Assembly (NCBI GenBank): GCA_963802255.1
Contig: CAWDHY010000001.1
Location: 28,728 to 92,727 of the forward strand
Reading direction: 5' to 3'
Length of the DNA stretch: 64,000 nucleotides
Source: Candidatus Magasanikiibacteriota bacterium
GTDB taxonomy: Bacteria; Patescibacteriota; Patescibacteriia; Magasanikbacterales; GWA2-37-8
Positions 47,599-57,874 of the stretch are shown here, piece by piece. The notes under the pieces were generated by a model that saw only the letters and a program-made list of their open reading frames with translations, was not told where the DNA came from and did no database searches. Position 1 is the first letter of the stretch; every line of letters begins with the position of its first letter. Position numbers and translations under genes: made by a program.

Positions 47599-47988
47599 AT
47601 GACAAAGAAATTGGATTTTTCAAAGGAATTCTTGAGCCAGATATCAGGGCAGCTTGAGGAACAAAAAGCCAAGCTTGAAGGCGAGCTAGGCAAATTTACA
47701 AAAAAGAGCCAGCATGTAGCTGATGATTTTGATACTCAATTTCCAAAATACGGAGACAAGGAAGATGAAAATGCGGCCGAGGTTGCCGAATATATCAACA
47801 ACCTTCCTATTGAAGAGGGTCTGGAAAAAACATTACGGGACATAAATAAAGCACTTGAGCGCATCGGAAAAGGAACTTATGGCGTATGCAAATATTGCGG
47901 TAAGCCAATTGAAGAGAAACGCCTGATAGCGCGACCGACATCAAGTGCCTGTGTTGAGTGTAAAAAAACTATTACTCAAGAATTGTAA
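47599..47988 (+). CDS. DksA/TraR-family C4 zinc-finger protein
   Basis: CKYCGKPI...CVEC C4 finger. N-terminal coiled coil. Confidence 0.75.
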   Translation: MTKKLDFSKEFLSQISGQLEEQKAKLEGELGKFTKKSQHVADDFDTQFPKYGDKEDENAAEVAEYINNLPIEEGLEKTLRDINKALERIGKGTYGVCKYCGKPIEEKRLIARPTSSACVECKKTITQEL

Positions 47989-47990
47989 TT

Positions 47991-48443
47991 TTGAGTAATA
48001 TAATTATGGCAAACAATACCCGCCTGACTTTAATAATTGTCGGCGGTTTTTTATTTTGCGCCGACCGTATATTCAAATCATTGTCCGCATCATCGTTTAG
48101 TAAAGAGAATATTTTCGGCGGATTCTTCGGATGGTTTCCTTCTGTAAATTCCGGCATCGCTTTCGGCTTAAAATTACCTCAAATATTAATCATCTTTTTA
48201 TCAATACTATTCATTATTTTTTTATTGGAATATTTCAGACGCAATGAAAATATGCTTCTGCGTTTTGGAATTTTTTTTATTTTGCTTGGCGCTATTTCAA
48301 ACTTATTTGACCGTCTAATTTATGGAAAAACATTTGATTATCTTATCCTATATATTAGCTTATTCAATATTGCAGACATATTGATCGTGACGGGCGCTGT
48401 AATGTGCGCTATCTACGCGTACAGCAGAAAAACCATTAAATAA
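47991..48443 (+). CDS. lspA: Lipoprotein signal peptidase II
   Basis: FNIADILIVTGAV motif. Four TM helices. Confidence 0.85.
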   Translation: MSNIIMANNTRLTLIIVGGFLFCADRIFKSLSASSFSKENIFGGFFGWFPSVNSGIAFGLKLPQILIIFLSILFIIFLLEYFRRNENMLLRFGIFFILLGAISNLFDRLIYGKTFDYLILYISLFNIADILIVTGAVMCAIYAYSRKTIK

Positions 48444-48446
48444 ATT

Positions 48447-49964
48447 ATGTTTTTCAGACTTAACTCGGCCGCCATCGTCGGTCTTGATTGCGAACCGGTT
48501 GATATTGAGGTTGATATCAACAAAGGACAGACAAATTTTGGCATTGTCGGTTTACCCGACGCATCAATAAAGGAATCTAAAGAAAGAATATATTCTGCTA
48601 TAAAAAATTCCGGCTTTACCTATCCGTATAATTTTCGCGTTTTGGTAAACCTGGCACCGGCAGGCCTGCAAAAAGAAGGCGCCCTATATGATGTGCCGAT
48701 GGCTGTGGGAGTAATTGGCGCCAGCATGAACAAGCCCTTCAATCTCGATAATGCCATTTTAATAGGCGAACTGGCTCTGGATGGGGCCATCAGACATGTA
48801 ACCGGAATTTTGCCGCTATCGATTTATGCTAAAAAACGCGGTTTATCAAGTATTTTCGTCCCTGAGGAAGATGCCCCTGAAGCAGCCATGGTTGATAATG
48901 GGCCTGCGATATATCCGTTAAAGAATCTTAAACAATTAATAAACCACATAAGCGGACTGGAGCAAATAGAACCATATAAAAAAATTATCGATGAGGAACA
49001 GGAACAATTTGTTACGCACGAACTTGATATGGCGCTCGTAAAAGGCCAATCATTTGCAAAACGCGCTTTGGAAATAGCGGCCGCCGGTGGACATAATATC
49101 CTAATGAACGGCCCTCCCGGATCCGGCAAAACATTGCTGGCCCGGACATTGCCGTCAATCTTACCGCCGCTGGCCAGAGAAGAATCTTTGGAAGTGACAA
49201 AAATATTTTCTATAGCAGGACTTCTTCGCCGGGAATATGTCCGGGTACGCCCGTTTCGCGCGCCACATCACACGATCTCAAACGTAGCGTTGGTCGGTGG
49301 CGGACGATTACCCAAGCCGGGTGAGATATCTCTCGCCCACCGAGGCATTTTGTTTTTGGATGAATTTTCTGAATTTCCGCGACAGGTTTTAGAAGCAATG
49401 CGCCAGCCGCTTGAAGACGGCACCGTTACAATTTCAAGAGCGCAAGGCACACTGACATTCCCGGCGAGATTTATTTTGGTTGCCAGCCAAAATCCCTGCC
49501 CCTGCGGGTACGCCACAGACCCCGAAGAACCATGTACTTGCACAGCTTCACAGATAAACCAATACCAGAAAAAAGTCAGCGGCCCAATACTGGACCGGAT
49601 TGATTTACACGTCGAGGTGCCAAGGGTAAAATTTTCCGAACTCACATCTGTCGAAATGGCCGAACCGTCAAAGAAAATTCGCGACCGCGTATGTGGTGCA
49701 CGGCAAATACAGCAAACTCGTTTTGCCGGAACGCGCATTCATACAAACGGCGAAATGACTAATGCTGAAATAAAAGAATATTGCAAAATAAATATCGCCA
49801 CATTAGATATTCTCCGGGCCGCCACAACCAGGATGCGGTTATCGGCACGCGCTTATAATCGTATTTTAAAAATTTCAAGAACCATCGCCGACTTGGATAA
49901 TAAAATTGATATCAGTGAAGAGCACGTGGCTGAGGCTCTGCAATTCAGAGCAAAAGAATCTTAA
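48447..49964 (+). CDS. comM: YifB/ComM Mg-chelatase-like AAA+ ATPase
   Basis: N-terminal Lon-like domain. Walker A GPPGSGKT. C-terminal ChlI domain. Confidence 0.9.
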   Translation: MFFRLNSAAIVGLDCEPVDIEVDINKGQTNFGIVGLPDASIKESKERIYSAIKNSGFTYPYNFRVLVNLAPAGLQKEGALYDVPMAVGVIGASMNKPFNLDNAILIGELALDGAIRHVTGILPLSIYAKKRGLSSIFVPEEDAPEAAMVDNGPAIYPLKNLKQLINHISGLEQIEPYKKIIDEEQEQFVTHELDMALVKGQSFAKRALEIAAAGGHNILMNGPPGSGKTLLARTLPSILPPLAREESLEVTKIFSIAGLLRREYVRVRPFRAPHHTISNVALVGGGRLPKPGEISLAHRGILFLDEFSEFPRQVLEAMRQPLEDGTVTISRAQGTLTFPARFILVASQNPCPCGYATDPEEPCTCTASQINQYQKKVSGPILDRIDLHVEVPRVKFSELTSVEMAEPSKKIRDRVCGARQIQQTRFAGTRIHTNGEMTNAEIKEYCKINIATLDILRAATTRMRLSARAYNRILKISRTIADLDNKIDISEEHVAEALQFRAKES

Positions 49965-50006
49965 AAAACAAAACACCCCAGAGATGGGGTGTTTTGACTT
50001 GAGCGG

Positions 50007-50705
50007 TTATTTAGCCACCACAAGTTGCTTTGTTTTCTCTTTATTATAGATTTCTATCGCCACACGCTTAACGCCGAACTTTAGAGCTTCTGACTTTGAA
50101 GTATCCAGCCAGACGTCCATACGGCCATAACCATAGCGCTTGTTCATTCTGTCATCTACAGTGAATATTTTATCACCATAGAGCGCAGGAATTTTAACCC
50201 TGGTACCAAACGGTAGCCAGTTAGCCGCAATCATGCCATCATAGACATGTTTGCCGGAAGCTGCTATATCTGGAGTATCATCGGTTTGGTCCGGTGTAGA
50301 TGTATAGGCAGTAATCACCACATTCACCACTCTATCCGGCTTAGTATTTTCTGCCCTCTTGCCAGCGACCGCTGTAGGCACAGTTTTTTTGGCTAATCTT
50401 ACAATAATATCCTTTTCCAACTGATCAATTGATTGTATTTTAGCCACTTTCTTATCTTCAACAATGGCTTTCTCAGCAATTTTGGCTAAAGTAAGCACTT
50501 TATTATCTTTTTGACTTTCTTTTAGCTCTTTAACCTTATTTTGTTTGTAATAAAGGGCCAAATAATGGTCTAATGAGGTATAGGAATATAGGATTTCACT
50601 AGAATTAGCCAAGGTAACGGTCGGGATAAAGGCAAAGACAACAATGGCAGAAGCAAACCACAGTTTGCTGCTGGAAAACAAGCTTTTTCTTAATGTATTG
50701 TCCAT
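50007..50705 (-). CDS. 3D-domain (MltA-like) cell-wall protein
   Basis: Signal or TM segment, then a 3D domain with a conserved Asp triad (DDTPD..D..VDDRM). Confidence 0.7.
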   Translation of the reverse strand: MDNTLRKSLFSSSKLWFASAIVVFAFIPTVTLANSSEILYSYTSLDHYLALYYKQNKVKELKESQKDNKVLTLAKIAEKAIVEDKKVAKIQSIDQLEKDIIVRLAKKTVPTAVAGKRAENTKPDRVVNVVITAYTSTPDQTDDTPDIAASGKHVYDGMIAANWLPFGTRVKIPALYGDKIFTVDDRMNKRYGYGRMDVWLDTSKSEALKFGVKRVAIEIYNKEKTKQLVVAK

Positions 50706-50858
50706 AAATCGCTTATTTAAGCAAAAAATATCCTATATGGGATATTTTCGCTGGATTATTTTAACATGTAATACTATCACAAAATAGGGTTTTTGTCAAG
50801 AGTCAGCGTTACTGCTATAATGATATGGTTCAGACTCACAAAAGAGGTACTTTTACTT

Positions 50859-53699
50859 ATGCCAATAAAACATTTAATCGAAAAAGAGCGCCGGGCGTAT
50901 AGGAATCCAGAACCTGAAAAGAATTCGCGCCGGCAGACAAAAAAAAGTAAAAAATGGTTAAAATTTGCTATTTTGGGCGGCGTAGCTTTTTGTATCGCCT
51001 GTTTTATTATTGGCACTATCGTAGTTGTCGTAATTAGCCGTGAATTGCCCGACCCGCAAAAATTGTCAGAACGCCAGGTCGCTCAAAGCACGAAAATCTA
51101 CGATCGGACGGGAGAACATCTGCTTTATGAGGTTTACCAAGACCAAAAGAGGACCATGGTTGAACTTGACCAAATAGCACCGAATGCAATCAAGGCGACA
51201 GTCGCTGTCGAAGATAAAAATTTTTATACCCACAAGGGCGTACGTCTAATTTCCATTATCCGCGCCGGTGTTAACAATCTAATAGGAAGACAGGCTGGTT
51301 CAGGAGGTGCTTCGACCCTGACCCAGCAGTTAATAAAAAACACAATTATCGGCGGCGAGCATTCTATTTTTCGGAAAATCAAAGAGGCTATACTTGCCCT
51401 GCGGCTTGAAAAAAAATATACCAAGGACGAAATAATGAAAATGTATTTAAATGAAATTCCTTACGGTTCAACAAATTATGGAATCGAGGCGGCTTCGCAA
51501 AGTTATTTCAGAAAAAAAGCAAGTGAACTTTCATTAGCCGAGTCGGCGACACTCGCCGCTTTATTAAAACAACCGACGCGTTATTTAAATAATCTTGAGA
51601 TGCTGAAGGAACGCCGTGACGTCGTGCTCCGTTTAATGTTTGAACAAGGATATACCACAGAGGAAGAAAAGACGGCCGCACAGGAGGAAGAATTAAAAAT
51701 TATCCGCAACGCCGGTATAATGGATGCCCCTCATTTTGTTTTATATGTAAAACAACTGCTGGCTGAACAGTTTGGCGAAAAAATGGTTGATCAGTCCGGC
51801 TTAAAAGTTATTACAACCCTCGATTATGATAAACAGAAAATAGCTGAAGCGGCTATAACCGAATTGGGTGATAAATTTGCCAAAGATGCCAATGCTGATA
51901 ATGCATCCCTGGTGGCGATCGCACCTGCGACCGGAGAAATATTGGCCATGGTCGGCTCGAGGGATTTCCAAAACGAAGAAATAGACGGACAATTTAATGT
52001 GGCGGTTCTTGGTAAACGCCAACCTGGATCATCCTTTAAACCGTTTGTGTATACGGCTGCATTTGAAAAAGGTTTCACCCCGGAAACAGTGCTTTATGAT
52101 GTATCGACGAATTTCGATATGCGCACGGGCGGCGATTATACGCCGGTAAATTATGACAGCAAGGAGCGAGGGTTAGTAACTCTACGCAAAGCACTGCAGG
52201 GGTCACTCAATATTCCTGCCGTAAAAACGCTCTATTTGGTCGGGGAACAATATATGTCTGACTTTGCGGAACGTTTTGGTTATACCACGCTGAAAGACGG
52301 CAATTTCGGCCTGTCTTTGGTGCTTGGAGGCGCGGAAGTGAACCTTCTTGAACACACAAATGCCTACGCCACACTGGCCAATAATGGGCGTTACCACCAG
52401 CCAAGCAGTATATTAAAGGTAACTGATGATAAGGGCAGTACTTTGTTTGAGACAAAGCAAAACGAAGGCAGCGAGGCCATTAAGCCGGAGCTGGCCGCAT
52501 TAATCAGCAGTGTTTTGTCGGATGACAACGCCCGCTCGTATGTTTTTGGCCGTGGTGGCACTTTGACTTTGCCTAACCGCCCGGTCGCCGCCAAAACCGG
52601 CACCACAAACAATTATAAAGACGCTTGGACAATGGGCTACACACCTTCTCTCGCAGCCGGAGTATGGGTCGGTAATACCACACCTGCCCCGATGAAGGGC
52701 GGCGGCAATGCGCTGGCCGGTCAAATTTGGAACAGGTTTATGAAAGAGTCGCTGGCATCCACCTCACCCGAAACATTTCCCGAACCACCGGTAAACGACG
52801 CCGAAAAAGCCGTGCTTCGCGGCGGAGATGGTGTAATAAAAATAAAAGTCAACCGGCTGAATGGAAAGCTGGCAACATCCTCTACTCCTGAAGAGTTGGT
52901 TGTTGAAAAAGAATTTTTGCCACCCCACGATATTCTGTACTATGTAAATAAAGACGACCCCCGCGGTCCAATTCCACCATTTCCAGCTGACGACCCGCAA
53001 TATGAAAACTGGGAAACCGCATTACAGGATTGGGCAAGGCGCGAACAAGAAGCAGGCCGCTTCGTATCTTTTTCAGAACCACCGACAGAAGTTGATCTTT
53101 TTTCCGCTGACCCTGCTCTGGCACCAACAATAGAAATAATTTCACCCTCAGCCAATTCAACAATTTTAGAGCGTACAATGAGTATCTCAGTTAATGCATC
53201 TGCTCCTCGCGGAATTTCCCAGGTTATATTCAAACTGGACGACAACACAATTGCAATTAAATATACCCCCCCGTTCACTATAGATTATTATTTAAAAAGT
53301 TTAAATAAGGGCTCCCATACTCTTTCCGTGCTTGCGAGCGACGATATTGGTAACAGCGCTATTCAGGAAATAACTTTTGATTTGCAAGCTGAACTCGACC
53401 CTCCCGATTTCAGCTGGGTTGACGGCTCGTTAATTATGTTGCGCAACGATGATTTCCCACGTTCAATCGGAATAATTCCATTCCGCTGGGATGACATTAA
53501 AAATATCCAGATTAAGCTTACAGGCAACGGCAAAAACATTTTGATATATACATTTGACCACAATGACAAACTGTTGGTTGATAAACTAAATTTCACCTGG
53601 AAAAATTCCCCCGGCTCAGGGACATACCAGCTGGAAGGTTTACTAACCGATACAAGCGGTAAGACATCTTCAAAAACTTTAGAGGTTCAGGTTGAATAA
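50859..53699 (+). CDS. Class A penicillin-binding protein (GT51 transglycosylase + transpeptidase) with a C-terminal Ig-like extension
   Basis: EDKNFYTHKG. SSFK, SLN and KTG motifs. Confidence 0.9.
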   Translation: MPIKHLIEKERRAYRNPEPEKNSRRQTKKSKKWLKFAILGGVAFCIACFIIGTIVVVVISRELPDPQKLSERQVAQSTKIYDRTGEHLLYEVYQDQKRTMVELDQIAPNAIKATVAVEDKNFYTHKGVRLISIIRAGVNNLIGRQAGSGGASTLTQQLIKNTIIGGEHSIFRKIKEAILALRLEKKYTKDEIMKMYLNEIPYGSTNYGIEAASQSYFRKKASELSLAESATLAALLKQPTRYLNNLEMLKERRDVVLRLMFEQGYTTEEEKTAAQEEELKIIRNAGIMDAPHFVLYVKQLLAEQFGEKMVDQSGLKVITTLDYDKQKIAEAAITELGDKFAKDANADNASLVAIAPATGEILAMVGSRDFQNEEIDGQFNVAVLGKRQPGSSFKPFVYTAAFEKGFTPETVLYDVSTNFDMRTGGDYTPVNYDSKERGLVTLRKALQGSLNIPAVKTLYLVGEQYMSDFAERFGYTTLKDGNFGLSLVLGGAEVNLLEHTNAYATLANNGRYHQPSSILKVTDDKGSTLFETKQNEGSEAIKPELAALISSVLSDDNARSYVFGRGGTLTLPNRPVAAKTGTTNNYKDAWTMGYTPSLAAGVWVGNTTPAPMKGGGNALAGQIWNRFMKESLASTSPETFPEPPVNDAEKAVLRGGDGVIKIKVNRLNGKLATSSTPEELVVEKEFLPPHDILYYVNKDDPRGPIPPFPADDPQYENWETALQDWARREQEAGRFVSFSEPPTEVDLFSADPALAPTIEIISPSANSTILERTMSISVNASAPRGISQVIFKLDDNTIAIKYTPPFTIDYYLKSLNKGSHTLSVLASDDIGNSAIQEITFDLQAELDPPDFSWVDGSLIMLRNDDFPRSIGIIPFRWDDIKNIQIKLTGNGKNILIYTFDHNDKLLVDKLNFTWKNSPGSGTYQLEGLLTDTSGKTSSKTLEVQVE

Positions 53700-53759
53700 A
53701 TATATTTATTCAAAAATAAAAACACCCGCCGAAAAAGCGAGTGCTTTTTTATTTATTAT

Positions 53760-54884
53760 CTATTGCCTGATTGGCATAACTATATATAAATAATTTTCGT
53801 CATTTTTTCCCACCAACACACACGGGCTGTCGCCGTTGATTATTTTTAAAGTACCCTCTTCGCCGGTAATACTGTTTAATCCATCCAATAAATATCTGTG
53901 ATTTAAAAGTATTGCATTTTTTTCTCCCTTGATGTTCGCCTCCATGCCGGACCGATATTCACCTGTCTGGTTTGATGTTGATGCAATTTTTATTTCTCCT
54001 TCAGCCTGTAATATATCAAACGCAACCGCATTCACTCCCACTGTAGTAAACAAACTCGCCGCCTTAATTTCCTTTACCATTTTCGCGATTGAGAACTCTG
54101 CTGTCGTCTTAAAATCTTTCGGAATAATTTGTGTATAATCCGGATATTGCCCCTCAACCAAACGCGATATCATCTGTACGCTGTTGTAATTAACAGCAAT
54201 TTGATTTTCGCTTAAAATGACACGCACGCTTTTTTCCGGCTCCAGTTCGCTCGTTGAGGAAAGTATGTGCGCTATTTCCTGTGATGTTCTACCCGGGACG
54301 ATAACTCTGAAAGATTCCTTTCCTTGCAATAATTTAATTTTTTTCTCCGCCAAGCGATAACTGTCGGTCGCTGCCATTACCAATTGGCCGCTGTCTTCCT
54401 GATTAAAAGCAAATAGAACCCCGGAGAGTTCAGGGCGAATATCATTACGCGCGGCTGCGAGGTTTACTTGTGATAAACCCCTTTTCATATCCTCAACCGG
54501 CACCAAAAACCCTTGGCCCTCTCCAACCGCCGGAATTACTGGGTATTCATCAGCTGGTATGCCCTTAATTTTTGTTGATGATTTTCCGCAGGACAAAACA
54601 AGCTCATTATTGCTTAATTCAATATCAATTTTTTCATCTGCCAGTAAATTAATAAAATCTGTCAGTGTCCTTGCCGGAACTGTGAAAGAGCCGGGTTGTT
54701 CAATTTTCGCTCTTACAGAAACAATAATGGCTAATTCCAGATTAGTCGATATAATTTCAACCTTTTGTTCATCGGCCTTTATTAAAACATTACTCAATAT
54801 TGGCAAATTTACGCTTTTTGTAGCCAAATTTGTTACCAGCGAGAGGGCGGCTGCCAAATTTTCTTTTATGCAAGTAATCTTCAT
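53760..54884 (-). CDS. dnaN: DNA polymerase III beta sliding clamp
   Basis: 374 aa with three-domain clamp organisation. Sits downstream of dnaA. Confidence 0.9.
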   Translation of the reverse strand: MKITCIKENLAAALSLVTNLATKSVNLPILSNVLIKADEQKVEIISTNLELAIIVSVRAKIEQPGSFTVPARTLTDFINLLADEKIDIELSNNELVLSCGKSSTKIKGIPADEYPVIPAVGEGQGFLVPVEDMKRGLSQVNLAAARNDIRPELSGVLFAFNQEDSGQLVMAATDSYRLAEKKIKLLQGKESFRVIVPGRTSQEIAHILSSTSELEPEKSVRVILSENQIAVNYNSVQMISRLVEGQYPDYTQIIPKDFKTTAEFSIAKMVKEIKAASLFTTVGVNAVAFDILQAEGEIKIASTSNQTGEYRSGMEANIKGEKNAILLNHRYLLDGLNSITGEEGTLKIINGDSPCVLVGKNDENYLYIVMPIRQ

Positions 54885-55145
54885 ATCTTATTAATTGGTA
54901 TTATTTTATATATTTATATAATAGTAATAATAAGGGGTGTTAATAGTGGGGATAATTGAATTTTTTAGCTTGTTTAAAAGGATTTTATACTAGTAGTATG
55001 TGTACAGTCATGAAATCGTCGAGGGACAGATGGTGAGGATAAATAGCAGGTGTTATCTGTTTTGTGTGTAGCAACCGGGTTAGGGGGATAAGGTTTAAAA
55101 GTTAGGCACCAATTTTAGAGGTTTATCCACACAATATAAACAAAA
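54885..55145. other. Candidate oriC (dnaA-dnaN spacer)
   Basis: Perfect TTATCCACA at 55123..55131. Variants (reverse complement) at 54946, 55034 and 55084. AT-rich run at 54901..54934 as a possible unwinding element (DUE). Confidence 0.55.
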
Positions 55146-56585
55146 TTAGACATTATTTATATACAAACGCTGTTTTATTAATTCTATCTCTTGCTTTAGT
55201 TTAGGACTATTTTCAACATCGCGGCGTATTTTTTCATAAGCATGCATTGCAGTTGTGTGGTCGCGCCCGCCAAGTTCGCCGCCAATTGTCGGGTAAGACA
55301 TTTTTATTTCCTCTCTCATAAGGAACATAATAATTTGCCGCGGGTAGGAAACGCGTTTCTCTCGGCTTTTATTGGAAATATTATCCGAGGGTATGCTATA
55401 GAATTGGCACACAGTCTCGATAATCTGGCGCGGGGACAGCGATTGCTTCATTGAAGCCGTTTCGATTGAACATAGCAAAGATTTTACCGACTCAACCGAT
55501 GGTATCAGATTTTTTAGTTGGTGGTAGGCAATAATTTTATTTAATGAGCCCTCGAGCTCGCGGATGTTAGACTGAACGGAGGCGGCGATTGTATGCAAAA
55601 TCTTTTCTTGCAAGTCAAAATTCTTTTCAGAACATTTCTTTTGTAAAATAGCGACCCGGGTCTCAAAGTCAGGCATTGTGATATCAGCGATCATCCCCCA
55701 CTCAAAACGCGATTTCAATCTGTCTTCTAATGTTGGTATTGCTTTTGGTGGCCGGTCGGAGGTTAATATAATTTGTTTGTTTTGTTGGTGGAGTTCGTTG
55801 AAGGTATGGAAAAAAGATTCTTGAGTTCTGTCTTTGCCGGCGATAAACTGGATGTCGTCTATTAATAGTAAATCGATATTGCGGTAATGGTTTTGGAACT
55901 CTTTGGCAGATCCTTCTTTGACCGACTGAATAAAGTCATTCGAAAATTTTTCCGCGCTGACATATAGAACCGCAGCGTTGGGATTATTTTTTAATATTTG
56001 CGTACCGATAGCCTGGATTAAATGGGTCTTGCCAAGACCGACGCCACCATAAATAAACAAAGGGTTATAGGCATCACCCGGCCGTTCGGAAACGGCTTTG
56101 GCCGCAGCGTAGGCTAACTCCGAACCGCTGCCAACTACAAAGTTTTCAAAAGAATATTTTGGGTTTAAAGCAAAACCACCGTTTTGCGTAGCCGGTTTTG
56201 TTTGTGACCGTACTGCATCCGATGGGTCGTTTTCTCTGGCATAGGTATTCGCGTAGTTTTCAAGCTCGTTGGCGGCCTGCTCCACTAAATTTTTTATATT
56301 ATCAATTTTGTACTCAAGACGTCTTACCGGCTTTCCCATGATGCGTTCCATGGACTTGATTATCATATGGTGATATTTTTTTTCAAACCACGCGCGAGCA
56401 AAGGTGTTCGGCACACACAACAGAACCTGTCCTTCTTGGACCGAAACAATGCCGGTATTTTTAAACCAGGTAATAAAATTGGCTTTTGAAATTGATAATT
56501 CCAGTTCGGCAAGCACTGCCTGCCATATTTCGTTATTGTTCATAATTATTAGCACCGTAGTTTTTAATTTATTGAATTTTATCAC
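55146..56585 (-). CDS. dnaA: Chromosomal replication initiator DnaA
   Basis: AAA+ Walker A GGVGLGKTHL. C-terminal HTH. 479 aa. An extra DnaA box lies upstream at 56635..56643. Confidence 0.97.
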   Translation of the reverse strand: MIKFNKLKTTVLIIMNNNEIWQAVLAELELSISKANFITWFKNTGIVSVQEGQVLLCVPNTFARAWFEKKYHHMIIKSMERIMGKPVRRLEYKIDNIKNLVEQAANELENYANTYARENDPSDAVRSQTKPATQNGGFALNPKYSFENFVVGSGSELAYAAAKAVSERPGDAYNPLFIYGGVGLGKTHLIQAIGTQILKNNPNAAVLYVSAEKFSNDFIQSVKEGSAKEFQNHYRNIDLLLIDDIQFIAGKDRTQESFFHTFNELHQQNKQIILTSDRPPKAIPTLEDRLKSRFEWGMIADITMPDFETRVAILQKKCSEKNFDLQEKILHTIAASVQSNIRELEGSLNKIIAYHQLKNLIPSVESVKSLLCSIETASMKQSLSPRQIIETVCQFYSIPSDNISNKSREKRVSYPRQIIMFLMREEIKMSYPTIGGELGGRDHTTAMHAYEKIRRDVENSPKLKQEIELIKQRLYINNV

Positions 56586-56723
56586 AACAGAGCCAAATAA
56601 TCGAACTTACAAAGTGTAGGATATGTGGAAGAAATGTGGATAAGATTAGCGAAAACGAAGACAAACCTTGACTTGACTCCCAAGATAAGCTATGCTTATA
56701 TCATTCTACTAATATTTTTCAAT

Positions 56724-56900
56724 ATGCCAAAAAGAACGTATCAGCCAAACAAGCGAAAACGAGCAAAAAGCCACGGTTTTAGGAAAAGAATGGCGACAAA
56801 GGGGGGTCGCAATGTCTTAAGCCGCAGGCGCGCTAAAGGCAGAAAGAAGCTCACTGTCTCAAGCGAACGCAAGGGGAAGCGTACGCGAAAAACCAGATAA
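56724..56900 (+). CDS. rpmH: 50S ribosomal protein L34
   Basis: [45 protein letters not shown]. Has a C-terminal extension. Confidence 0.85.
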   Translation: MPKRTYQPNKRKRAKSHGFRKRMATKGGRNVLSRRRAKGRKKLTVSSERKGKRTRKTR

Positions 56901-56947
56901 TTGTCAACACGGAATATATTCTTTGTAGTGTCAGCAGAATAGATTAT

Positions 56948-56974
56948 AAAACCCGCTAAAATAGCGGGTTTTTT
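56948..56974. terminator. Bidirectional terminator between rpmH and yidD
   Basis: AAAACCCGCT-aaaat-AGCGGGTTTTTT. Confidence 0.7.
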
Positions 56975-56982
56975 GTTGTCTT

Positions 56983-57255
56983 TTAGGGCAGATCAACGCC
57001 CCCGGCGCTCCATGGATTACAGCGTATTACTCTCCAGATTGCCTTGGGAATGCCGACAAAAAGACCATATTTTTTTATTACTCCATGCCCGTATTCGCTA
57101 CAACTGGGATAAAAACGGCAATATCCATGAGGGAACAGACGTTTTAGTGGTCCGTGGTCTGGCGAAAAAGTCTTTTGGTAAAACCTTATGATTATTAAAA
57201 CCGGTATCCGTGGCAAATATATCAGTTTATAAAAAAAATCGAGTGGTTTTCGCAT
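56983..57255 (-). CDS. yidD: Membrane protein insertion efficiency factor YidD
   Basis: YQKTFSPDHG...CRFYPSCSEYG. Confidence 0.8.
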   Translation of the reverse strand: MRKPLDFFYKLIYLPRIPVLIIIRFYQKTFSPDHGPLKRLFPHGYCRFYPSCSEYGHGVIKKYGLFVGIPKAIWRVIRCNPWSAGGVDLP

Positions 57256-57256
57256 A

Positions 57257-57649
57257 TTATTTCAGGGTTTTTGCTTTGCTCAGTAATTCTATCGCCTGTT
57301 TCTCAATTTCTTCATATGTTTTGTCCAAACATCCGGACTTGGCGATAAACAATAAATAATAACCATTATTAATTTTAGAGCCTTTAATCAGCAGGCGTAT
57401 TGATTCTCTCAGTTGCCGGCGAAAACGGTTTCGCTTTATCGCGCTCTTGGATATTTTTAACCCCACAGCGAAAGCGACGCGGAGCTGTGTTTCAAATTTT
57501 TCCGGGTTTTCTTTTGGCGGGAAATGTTGTTTTGCCTTTGATAGCTGGAGTGCTTTTAATGATAAAAAAGAACCGTTGATAAAATAGCCGTGTTTAATCA
57601 GCAGATTAAAATCTCTTGTTTTTGCCAAACGATTTTCGGGCTGTAACAT
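57257..57649 (-). CDS. rnpA: RNase P protein component
   Basis: 130-aa basic protein with KRNRFRRQLRE. Followed by yidD. Confidence 0.8.
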   Translation of the reverse strand: MLQPENRLAKTRDFNLLIKHGYFINGSFLSLKALQLSKAKQHFPPKENPEKFETQLRVAFAVGLKISKSAIKRNRFRRQLRESIRLLIKGSKINNGYYLLFIAKSGCLDKTYEEIEKQAIELLSKAKTLK

Positions 57650-57655
57650 ATCAGG

Positions 57656-57874
57656 TCAGATAATATCAATAATTTTATTTTTTCCTTTTACGCCCTTAAT
57701 TATTTTGACGTGCTTTTTTGCAACATCAAATTTTTTGGCGACGAGTTCAATTAATTTTTCATTTGCCGCTCCTTCGACCGGCGGTGCGGTCAATTTCACC
57801 TTAAAAGAGCCGTCGGGCTGTTCAGTTATTTTATTTATTGAAGAGCGTGGTATAACATGGATATTAATTCTCAT
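57656..57874 (-). CDS. DUF167/YggU-family protein
   Basis: 72 aa. APPVEGAANEKLIELVAKKF. Confidence 0.65.
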   Translation of the reverse strand: MRINIHVIPRSSINKITEQPDGSFKVKLTAPPVEGAANEKLIELVAKKFDVAKKHVKIIKGVKGKNKIIDII

